Source: Rotaria socialis (lineage: Eukaryota). From it: a stretch of DNA of 64,000 nt. The translations under genes and the position numbers were made by a program. The stretch's first letter is position 1. Each line of letters starts with the position of its first letter. The notes below the pieces were generated by a model, which did no database searches, was not told the origin of the DNA, and was given only the letters and a program-made list of their open reading frames with translations. Shown one piece after another: positions 27,540 through 38,144 of this stretch. Location: NCBI GenBank assembly GCA_905331295.1, contig CAJNYD010000459.1, positions 288,975 to 352,974 on the forward strand, read 5' to 3'.

Positions 27540-28658
27540 CCAACGGAAAAAAAATTATACAAAACCGCGGTTTGATCCGAGAAAACCGCGGTATTATTTT
27601 GATCCCATTTAAAACCGCGGTTATCAGCGGTTTTTCAAACCGCGTTCAAGACAAACCGCGGTATGCACACTCATAACCGCGTTTTTCATTATAGCGGTTA
27701 TCAGCGGTTTTCCAAACCGCGGTGTACTCGATAATAACCGCGGTTCAGAATATAGCGGCTATTAACGGTTTTCCAAACCGCGGTGTACTCCATAATAACC
27801 GCGGTTCTGAATATAGCGGTTATTAACGGTTTTCTAAACCGCGGTGTACTCGATAATAACCGCGGTTCAGAATATAGCGGTTATTAACGGTTTTCCAAAC
27901 CGCGGTGTACTCCATAATAACCGTGGTTCAGAATATAGCGGTTATTAACGGTTTTCTAAACCGCGGTGTACTCGATAATAACCGCGGTTCTGAAAACAGC
28001 GGTTTGCATGTGAGGAAACGCGGTGCATACCAAAGTGTCAAGGAATGTTTAAGGACATTCGAGATGTCGTGCCCCACAAATTCTGGCAAATTTTACTTAT
28101 ATCAGATACATAATATAAGAACTCTACAAAAACACTTTGTGGAAATGGAGCTCGGGAGAGTTCACTACACTGCCCCTCGAAGGGCGCTACACCTGAAACT
28201 TTCAAGGTATAGGTTATGTTCGGTACACCTGCTCCTATTGAGTCTAGTGTGTTGAAAAAAAACCGCGGTTTGAAGCGGTTTTTGGATATAACGGTAGCCA
28301 GACCATTTATGCATTTAAAAAAAACACCCAAAACGGCGTTGCTCGAAACCACGGTTGTTATCGGTTTTCAAAACCGCGGGATTTAGACCATTTATGCGTT
28401 TCAAAAATACCGCCTGAAACCGCGGTTTACAACGGTTTTCTGAACCGCGGTATGCGACGGTTTTCAAAACCGCGAAAGTCAGACCATCTATGCGTATCTC
28501 TAAACCGCTGAAAAACGCGGTTTCTAAAACCGCGGTTCTGGGCGGTGTTAGAGATACGCATAGATGGTCTGACTTTCGCTATCCGAAAATACCGGCCGAA
28601 ACCGCGGTTTTTGTGACCGGTGATTACCGCGGTTTTTTGAAAAAATTTTCTCCGTGGG
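27540..28658. mobile_element. Non-autonomous DNA element built from AACCGCGGTT repeats (CACTA/EnSpm-like architecture)
   Basis: Ends ccaacggaaaaaaaatt and reverse complement cccacggagaaaatttt. More than 20 CCGCGG-type palindromic motifs in both subterminal regions around a unique middle (about 28030-28250). TSD not clean. Confidence 0.7.
27717..28010. repeat. 61-bp tandem repeat (about 5 copies) inside the element
   Basis: Unit ccgcggtgtactc(g/c)ataataaccgcggttc(a/t)gaatatagcggttattaacggttttc(c/t)aaa, shifting by 1 nt per 60-nt line. Confidence 0.95.
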
Positions 28659-28880
28659 AAGTGTTAGTTTTTTTATATTTTATGTCTGTAATGTGGAGGG
28701 GGATGGGGTACAGGGGAGCCGCAAAAACCTAACAATTAAACTTACACTCACTATTTTCTTCGAAAATATATGTGAGTTTCACAAAATGTATTCTTATTCT
28801 ATTTGTTTAACATAATAGTTCAATGATTTTAATTTATAAGAAACGAAATACAAAAAATTGTAAGTTTCCATCGACATAGT

Positions 28881-30484
28881 CTAATTTGATTTAATAGAAT
28901 TTTGTGAGTCTACAGACGATCTTCGACGATCAAAATCATCAGATTCTTCTTTTAAAACAACTTGATTTTGCTTTTTACACAAACAAAATGATCCAACAAT
29001 AACAATGAATATCAATAGAAGAATAAATACGCGAACAAATGAATTATTATTCTTTGGATTCAATGGTATGGAAGAATTATCAAAGGAATCCATTGGATTC
29101 ATCTGGTCAAGTTCTGGCCTAAAGAAATATTTTACAGAAAATGCATATGAATCCATTGTTTCTTTCGCCGATGAAATCTGACTTACGAAAGTCGAGATTC
29201 TGGAGAACTTGCTTTTTCCGAATCGCTAATCTAGAATTCTATTTCATTACATTAATACTTTCATTTTCATCTTACTAAAAATAAGTTCTAAAAATAAAAC
29301 TTACAGCTTTACTAATAATTGTAAAATCCATAGGATCTTCTGTATTCGATGGATAATAATCTAAAACCATGGATAAAGAGAACAAGCTAGAGTTTTATTG
29401 TTGAAAAACTAAATCATGTACTACTTACAACATAACCATGACCAACCTGCTCCTGACGAAGTCATTTTTCCACTTCTTTTGTGAAAGAGATTTCTATGAA
29501 ATAAGTATTGCACGCGACAAATTGACTTGTCATCATCGGGATTGTTTATATAAGTATATCTGAATTCTCAATATGAAAAATCAAATTATTCTTTTTCTTA
29601 TCAACAATTAGATTTTTTAAAAAAGGATTAAATTCATAAACATACTCGCACATCATATTAAGATACGTATCTTGTTGAATTTTAAATACAATTTGACTTT
29701 TTTTAAAACCTCTTTTTGCATAACCATCATCGTGGTACTTATAAAAAGAAAACCAAAATAAAACAGAAATTAATAATCGATATCAAATTAACATTACATG
29801 AAGTTTACACGACAAATTCAAATCGATCAAAAATCTTCGATAGATATGATTTTTTTAAGTCAGAGAAGTGAGCATTATCACTTGTTTTTCATCCTCTTTT
29901 ATGTTAAAATGAAAGCTTTGATACTCACCTGAATCTATCGTGATTATTTTATATCGAAATTTTAATCAATTTTACTGTCAGTCTATTCTTACAGAAAACG
30001 GATATTGATCATCTTCACCTATTTGAATTTTTTCTGTTCCGATTCCCCTTAAATCAAAATCGAGTAACGTTGGTTGATTTGATTTTGTTCTATGATTTTT
30101 AATTATTGTTGCAACTGATGGTGTTAATCGTATGCAGTGATCATTCACTGAGCAATTCGTTTTGAAAACTAATATTTCATTAATACGATCTTCTTTCGAA
30201 TACCAAGGATGAGTACATCGTGAAATTAATTGGTCAAGATCAAATGTAACGCGTTTTTCTGGTGTTGTTAACGATAAATCACAGTCGCTAATATAATTTC
30301 TTATAGTCTGATTAAATATTTGATTTGTAGGAAAATCATGAAAATAAAAGACACGTCCATTCGGCTTACATCGAAATAATGATGGAACATTTACATTGAA
30401 TTTTATTTCAGTTTTTGTCGATAACACAATGATATGTAAATGAAGAAAAAAAATAATGCAAAAATTTGCACTGTTGAAAAGCAT
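28881..30484 (-). CDS. Uncharacterised type I membrane protein, paralog B
   Basis: Signal peptide; KTEIKF...SLFRCKPNGRVFYFHDFP...CDLSL; exons SQIVFKIQQDTYLNMMCE, VGHGYV, LDYYPS...SKA; TM VFILLLIFIVIVGSFCLC followed by KK. Intron positions and phases match paralog A. Confidence 0.75.
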
Positions 30485-30656
30485 GAAAAAGTTTAATAGC
30501 GCGAGGACTAAAAAATCAATGATTTACTATGCAAATAAAATACAATAAAATTTCTTTTTCTTTCAATTTTTCTCCGATTCAAAAATACGTTTTGAATGAT
30601 TCGACATATGTATTTGATACGCTATGCTTTTCGGCGATATCAATATATCGCGTCTT

Positions 30657-31316
30657 CTTGATTGTGGACGTTTTTTCTTAATTGTTGGGAAAAAACGTCC
30701 GCAAAGTAGAAACAGGGGGAGAGAGACAAAAATAGTCGCAGAGTGGAAAACGTCAGCAAAGCAGAATCGGGGGCAAGAGAGCAAAAAATGTCCGCATTGT
30801 GGAATCAAACGAAAATTGATATTTTAAGATGATTCATGCAAATAGGTGCACTGAATAATATCAACTGTTTCGAGCTAGTCTAGTGTTGTTCATCACATGT
30901 CATCCAGGCCATTTTATAAGCATGTATTGTGAAAGAAAAACATTTAAAGTGACGAAGTTAAGCCTAAACGAATCACATAAAAATGTCCATCGTGAAAAAT
31001 GATAGCTTTTCTCAAATTTCCACACAATCTAATAAAGATGGTATAGTTTTTAAAAATTATCATTTCGGAATGAATCTTGATTATCAACCTAACACAGTTA
31101 GATGTTCAACTATTCTTCATAAATGATTTTTCTGTATTTTTTTTCACCTAATAAATCTTGTCTTGATTCCATAATGCTGACATTTTTTTCTCTCCACTCC
31201 CCCCGATTCTGCTTTGCAGACATTTTCCAATCTGCGACTATTTTTGTTTCTCTCACCCTTTTTCTACTTTGCGGACGTTTTCTCTTAATTGGAGGAATAA
31301 AATGTCCGCAATCAAG
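30657..31316. mobile_element. MITE with about 150-bp imperfect TIRs
   Basis: 30657-30808 (cttgattgtggacg...ggaatcaa) is the reverse complement of 31163-31316 (ttgattcc...tccgcaatcaag). The mirrored spurious ORFs on both strands reflect this symmetry. Confidence 0.85.
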
Positions 31317-32857
31317 CTGCATCCCAATATATCATGCGCTAGATTATTAGATTGTTATGCACGTTTCTTCAGATTGAAAAATGTTAATCATCACTTTTCA
31401 TGTGATTCTCACGACTTCTAACTAATTGTGTTGTTAACATAGTCATAAAGAAAGGCTATACTGTAACTTAACATTCAAATTCTCACGAAAACATGATCGT
31501 CTGAGTGTAGCCAGTCAGGCATAGTTAGCTATTCGATCATCATCTAATTAAATCATGAGCAATAGAAAATCTTTCGAAAATACCATCAAAAATCGCATAG
31601 AAAGTGGCACACATGCAATATCTAGTCATATAATTAACACTTTCTGTAAATATGTTGTTACATAAAACAAAACAGGATATATTCACAAGGAAAAACAATT
31701 ACGGATTGTAAATAAAGTTTATCATTCAGAGCTATTTGCGTATGTAATTAAACGATAACATATAAAAAAAACGAATTTGTTCTTAATTAAATCGATAATC
31801 ATCATATAATTCACGAATTATCTGTTTTTTTGTTGTAACAATCGGCTAATTTACTGTTTACTCTAAAGAGTAGTAATCAAGATGATAGTGAAAGAAGTTC
31901 GGGCACTTATAATGCTTTCTTAAATTTTTATGAAATTTAGAACAATTTTAACTATTGACGTAAGGCGCAAAACGATGATAATTGTTATGAGACTAAGTGT
32001 AGCGTGTACCCTTTGTTACACCACTAGTTTTAACAGAAGATTAACTCTAATAACCCAGGATTTTCTTTTATCTGTTCGGTTTTTCTTGGAAGCTCTCCTT
32101 GTCGAACGAGACGAATAAATATTTTTCTGACGACTACAAATATTCAATACATATATAAAAAAAGTAATTTGATGAGTGTGGAACAACCCTTTTATGTTTA
32201 TGATTAATTTATCAACCAATAAGATTTTGCACAGTGACAAACACAGAAAATGTTATGTTGCTTCGACTTCTAAATTTCTTCATGTACAATCCGAGATTCA
32301 TGAAACTTATTTGTAAAAAAAAGAGAAATTCAAAAAAGCAAAATTATCTCATCATTCATAAACGGCACTTGCAAGCAAAGCATATGATGGTAACAATCAT
32401 TCTGAAAGTTCAATCGGATACTTTTCACATTCCACCAAAAACTTCGGTCTACACATTACATAAGCTGTTTTTCATCCATTTATGAATAAAATCAAAATCC
32501 AAACATCATTCATGAAAATTCTCTGCTGCGTATTCTTTTATTTTGTCATTCTCTATTTACCTCATGTCCTTGTCAGTTTTCATTTATCTTTAATTATCAA
32601 CTGGTAATTCACCATAAAGTACATCGTTTAAAAAAATGCAGCATCAAATCATAGTACTTTTTGCAATCTTGAAAGATACAGCTGAACGCACAGTTATTCG
32701 TTCTATGAAATACTCGTCTTTGATTTTGCCCTCATTCACACATCCTTTTTTTCTCTTCTTCAACCACTACTATTTGTATATAAACACGACGCTTGTTTGA
32801 TTTCATTCTCAATACAGTCCGACACTTATCCTTCTATTTAAACGAACAAAAACGATC

Positions 32858-33181
32858 ATGGCCGATTCTAGTTCATCTTCAATCGACTCACCAAAAATTA
32901 ACAGTGAGCAATCCGTTCCAATGTGTGATATAGAAAAACTTTCACCTAATGAAAAAACTGACTCTAAACCGGTTACAAATCGTAAAATGACATTCAAACG
33001 AAAGGTGATACCTGAACAACATCGTACATTAACGTCTAAATTACTTAACATGAAACAAATTATACATGAAGAATACTTGGTACGTGAACAAATAAATCGT
33101 ATACGCTTAGAAAAACAATATATACAAACTTTATTGAACACACTACACGCTTTCCATTCATATGACAATATGCAAAATTAA
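32858..33181 (+). CDS. Small uncharacterised protein (107 aa) with basic KRK motif and predicted C-terminal coiled coil
   Basis: Single-exon ORF with TATATAAA at 32777-32784, AATAAA at 33309-33314, and a heptad-like segment LLNMKQIIHEEYLVREQINRIRLEKQYIQTLL. Confidence 0.65.
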   Translation: MADSSSSSIDSPKINSEQSVPMCDIEKLSPNEKTDSKPVTNRKMTFKRKVIPEQHRTLTSKLLNMKQIIHEEYLVREQINRIRLEKQYIQTLLNTLHAFHSYDNMQN

Positions 33182-34408
33182 CGATAAAATCTAAAATAAT
33201 TAACAAGCGACAAAATAATCATTGAGCCACCACTGATATTCAATGAGGCCGCTTCTTATTATGAAATGGTATTCACTTTGTTTATTGTATAGAATATTAT
33301 ACGTTTCAAATAAATTTTATGAGCGATATCACATATAATTTAATCTAAAGATTCTATTCGTCTTTTGTAGTAACTCGAAACAGTAAGATATGGAACCGTT
33401 TCAGATCAATCAACTTTTCATATGTATTTATCTTTTGCAGACTGGTAAGACTCATTTCTATGTTGCTTGTATCAAAAAGGTCTAGTACACTTAGTGATAT
33501 ATATGCAGAAGTACTTCAATTTTTTCCCTCTCACTAATCGAAATGAAACGAAAAAACATCACTATAAACGCCGAATTAATTTACCCTTAAATTTATAACT
33601 TTTATGTATCTAATACTTTTACACAAGGGTAAGGAGGCTCAGACAAATATTATCTATCTGTAAATCACTTCATTAATCATCCTGGTCCTGTCCTTGATCG
33701 CCATCAATATTAAGCACATGACGTGTACAAATAAAAAACGCATCATAGGAAATAAAATCAGGACTAATCATTCGTCAATGATTGTGCAATATAGGTCACA
33801 TTTACATCCAATAACTTTTCCTCAAAACATTTAACTGATAGTGACCGAGGAAATGCTTAATGTAAATAAAGTTCATCATCTACTAAGAATTTGCACAGTA
33901 ATAACATACGTAGATTAACTCTTATTCTTTTGCTTTCGAATACTTCATATAGTTATACGACATTACAGCACTTATCATACAAGCGAATGATAAGATAATA
34001 AAAACCGATCATCGATTACAGTTGCCTTTTCGACTATTACTTGAAATATTTAGACCATTTACTGAACAGAACCGTCAGACACTAATCATGTAGCAAATCA
34101 AACAGAAGTCTTGCCTATTATGAATGCAGTCGTATCTCATGAAATTGAATTTTGTAAAGCTGTAACGAAGAATATATGAAAAAAATCCGTACATATATCT
34201 TACTGGGCATCAATATATTGTTTTTATTCTCCTTGTAAACTGTTACTATCGTGGAATACGTTTTAATCGTATATCATTTTATCAGTATTCAGATCTGATT
34301 AGCAAAAGTTTCACTAGGAAAAAAATTGCTATTTAAGAATAAATAATTTATTTAAACTAAAAACAAGATAGTTAAAAAAAGAAAAGAATGAATCAACATC
34401 AATGATTA

Positions 34409-34724
34409 TTATAGGACCCAAATTTTCATAGAATGTGCTGTTGGAGTGTTTGATGGATACATCAGATGGTGCATACTCGGTGCAAGAGATTTTCGGCTTT
34501 TTCTTGCAATTGGTGTTGATGAATCAATAGGTAGTGGTGCACATTTCGAGAGAGAATAACGAAAATGGATAGGACGCGGAGTCGAACATAAATTTTGAAT
34601 CGGTGTTGTATTGATTTTTTTGGGTGTTGATGTTGATTGAGGTTCAAATGTAATTAAACTAAACACAAAAAACAATATAGTACATGATATTTATTCGTTG
34701 AATTTTAATATAGACTTACCTCAT
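34409..34724 (-). CDS. Small S/T-P-rich disordered protein (84 aa; exons 34720-34724 and 34409-34658)
   Basis: ATG AG|gtaagt intron of 61 bp with ttag acceptor gives MSLITFEPQSTSTPKK...CSTPR...SSTPIARK...MKIWVL*. TATA run at about 34818-34835 and AATAAA (minus strand) at 34347-34352. Confidence 0.7.
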
Positions 34725-35730
34725 TTTATATCTGTTTGTAAAGTTGTAGGAGATTCGAATGATGAATAGTTGAGTGTATGCTGTGCGTAAGATGAAATGG
34801 AATGGGATAGCAGACTAATATATATATTATATATACTACATCGAGATAAAGTTAAAATTATTAATTGTAACGGTGGAAAATTGCTTGCAATCAATAATGC
34901 AAACCAATAACAATTGATTCGATGTAATCAAAAACGTTAATTGATATGATTGTGGACGATATGAACTTAATATCGGACAGAGGAAAGAAAAGAACAAGAT
35001 TATTCTATTCTCAATCTCTTTGATTAATTAACGAAATTCGAACGGACTAAATCATAGTGAATAACGCCATCATTGACACGATTCGAAGACAAACAGAACA
35101 TTTTATTCTGACTGAAACAAATTGAATTTCGCTTTTTTTTTACATACAACTAAATGAGTTATTTTTCTTAGATAAATTCAATGAATGATTTAGTATCTTC
35201 ATTCATCAGAAAACGATGAAAAAAATCAATGGTATTCATTCAAAAAACGTTTTTGTTAGTTTAACGAATCTTTTTAACGTTTTCATACGCTCGTGAACCG
35301 AAAATGATGACTGATATAAAAATTCATTGTAAAAAGTCCAACGAATAATTATTCATAGCGAAATTTCTACAGTGATATCTCAAAGAAAATTCTATTAAAA
35401 AAGTTTAAAAAAAGTCAATTCCAAACTCGCGTACTACCACATATATATACATAAACAGCATAACATGAGAATAAGAGAGTGCATAGCGAAAGTGAAGCAC
35501 GTCTATTAGTAATCTATTGTAATAAACGTTTGATTTTATTCAATGTTTATTTTAAAGAAAATAGAAAACTAATCATATCAGTTGTTTTTATATTATTCAG
35601 CAATTACTATATTACTATCCTTTAATGCCAAAAAAAAGCAAGGTGCTATTTAAAGTATACGTTACGAAAAAATTTCTTTTTTTTTAAATAAGAATGATAA
35701 AAGTGCGTTAACTATTAAATTTTCTTGTAG

Positions 35731-36230
35731 ACAGCTATGGAAATATTAAGATTTCCGTTTCTTGGGACTCTTACGTGAATATGCAAACAAATACTAGCGT
35801 CCAAGAGGAAAATTGATCGTTTTGGTTCCTTGGACTTTTTTAATTCAAGATTTTTTTCATTTCAAAGGATGATAAAGTAAGAAACTTTGAAATGCCAGTT
35901 AATTGATATTCGTTATTTGTGTAGAATAAGGATATGATAAATTGGACAAAAAAAGAAAACGATTCAATGGATATTATTTATTTTCACGATAATTTGGTCT
36001 TAGAAACTGAACAATATTTTGATAATGAAAATTTTCACATTCGATTGAAGGCTGTGAGTATTAGATATAATACATTATCTTCAAATATTTTTCTTTTGTT
36101 TTCTAAGATGAAAATGATGGGTAATCTTGAAAGACTGTTCTCTTACCAATGATATATTGTGAAAAAAAAGTCTTTTCGATTTTTTGTAGATCCTTAAAAT
36201 ATGTTAGTGAATTCACATTACAAATAAGAG
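35731..36230 (+). pseudogene. Possible decayed multi-exon gene
   Basis: Regularly spaced AG/GT splice signals with about 50-bp introns. One clean exon (NKDMINW...FHIRLKA|gtgagt), but flanking exons need a frameshift and contain in-frame stops. Confidence 0.3.
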
Positions 36231-38144
36231 GTGAGATTTTCGATTTAGAGATGGTTAACAAGAGAAAAAGATGGGAAGAACGAAGAAAAATATACTTAAT
36301 TAACCAAGAGAAGTAAAAACAACGAAAATCAATATGGAGTTTTTGTTCTTTTTTTGATTTACTTTTCGATATGAGAATCAAGAAGAAATTTCATCATTGT
36401 TTCATAGTTAAGTTTCTACTTTAAATAATTTAAAAAAAGATATTATTATTATTTATGTAAATTAAATTTAGATTTATTTAAATAAATGAAGATAAAAATT
36501 GAATTTGGTTTAGGAAACAGTGAATTCTTCTAATGCCATCTCATTGTTTTCGGAATAAGTTGAAAGGCTTTTTCTTATCTATTTGAATAGTTGCTTTTTT
36601 AAAGGCTCATTTTTAAATTTTCAACAGAAAAGAACAGGTCTGTTTATTTGTTTGATCATCTCTTTTAGTCTTACAAAAAAAAATGCATAATCCAATTAAT
36701 CAAAACTTGTTCTAGTATTTAGTTAGCTACAGAATCGCTCACCAATAGTGACTTCAACAGTGAGACTTATGTAAGAAATCTTCACGCATAAATCAGTGTT
36801 TAATATGAATGGAACTTTTTTGATCTGGTTCTGTTGGAAGATTATTTGAGTCGTATCTGATCTCTACCCCGAGGTCAAACATTTCCTGTGAGCAGACTTG
36901 GAACCAATTACTTGTGTACATATATGACTTGATAAAAAATTATTTTATAGTTGGACATTGCATTTTTGTGGTTTACCATGACAAGATTGAAAGAAAAAAA
37001 TGTCAAAAATAAAAATGGCATGAAGTTGAATATGTAAGATTGATGGTGAGGATAAATATATTCTTTTTTTTTAGATTTCTATTTATCTACATTTGTGTTT
37101 CGTTTTCAAATTGTTTCTTTTTGATCTTTCGACAAGCAAACTTTCACTTAATGATCAGGATACCGAATTTTTTCCGTACATAATCTCAAGTAATAAACCT
37201 TTTTTTTGTACACTAGTTATCGTTATATGTTAAGATATGAAGAATATCATCAATCTAATGAAAAGAAATATAAATGAAGACTTATTTTCCCATTTTTACT
37301 ATGAATAGAGAATTTTCTTAATAGAGCGTATTGTTGGTAGCTGTGACGATAATTTTTTTTTATCCCATTTAAAAGAAGAGGGTGTGGGTCTAAGTGCCTG
37401 TTTAACTAAGCGGAGCATACACGCGTACCCGAACCCACCAGTACGAGAAGAGTAGTTTTGATTTCCAAACAATTACTTGCTGAGCATTGAGCAAAACTAA
37501 TAGTCTATAAGTTCGTCTCCGGTGCTAGTCTCTTGATTCAATTGTAAATATATATGTGGCATGACTCATATGATTAGAATTTGAATCAAACCAATACTAG
37601 CTGTTAGTTTTGTATCGATAATTATATAGAACAAGGAGAGTTATCATTTTTCTCAATTTTCATAAATAGATAAATTGTGTTATAATCTATCTAAATGTAA
37701 CAAGAGCAAAAAAAGACAAAAAATATTGTTTTTCAACAAAGTTTGTTGTTGCGCACATTCCAATCGCAACTGAAATTATCATGTCAACCGTGGCATATGT
37801 GCACATAAACTAATCGCGTTTAACTCTGCTGTTTTTTCTTTAAATATAAAATATATGACTTGTGAATACTTGTTTAAATTTATCAATGCACAAATACAGA
37901 TGCATTTTGTTTCATGACTCGTAGAAGAAGAGAGAATGTAATTCAATTAAGCGAGAAGGTTTCTTATGGGTGTTAAAGAAGAAAAAGAAGTAAAAGATCA
38001 CAAAAACGATTATAATGTCAATTGACATTTTATGAAGTGATGAGTAGTTTGAAAGTTCGATTGAGACATATCGATATTACAGGAAACTTTTATTTCGTAC
38101 ATATAATGAATGTTTCTTTTTTTTTGACATGTAAAAAACAGAAA

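Noticed and set aside
27717..28010. CRISPR-like appearance of the 61-bp repeats
   Set aside because: Units are near-identical along their whole length with no unique spacers, no cas genes are present, and the context is eukaryotic.
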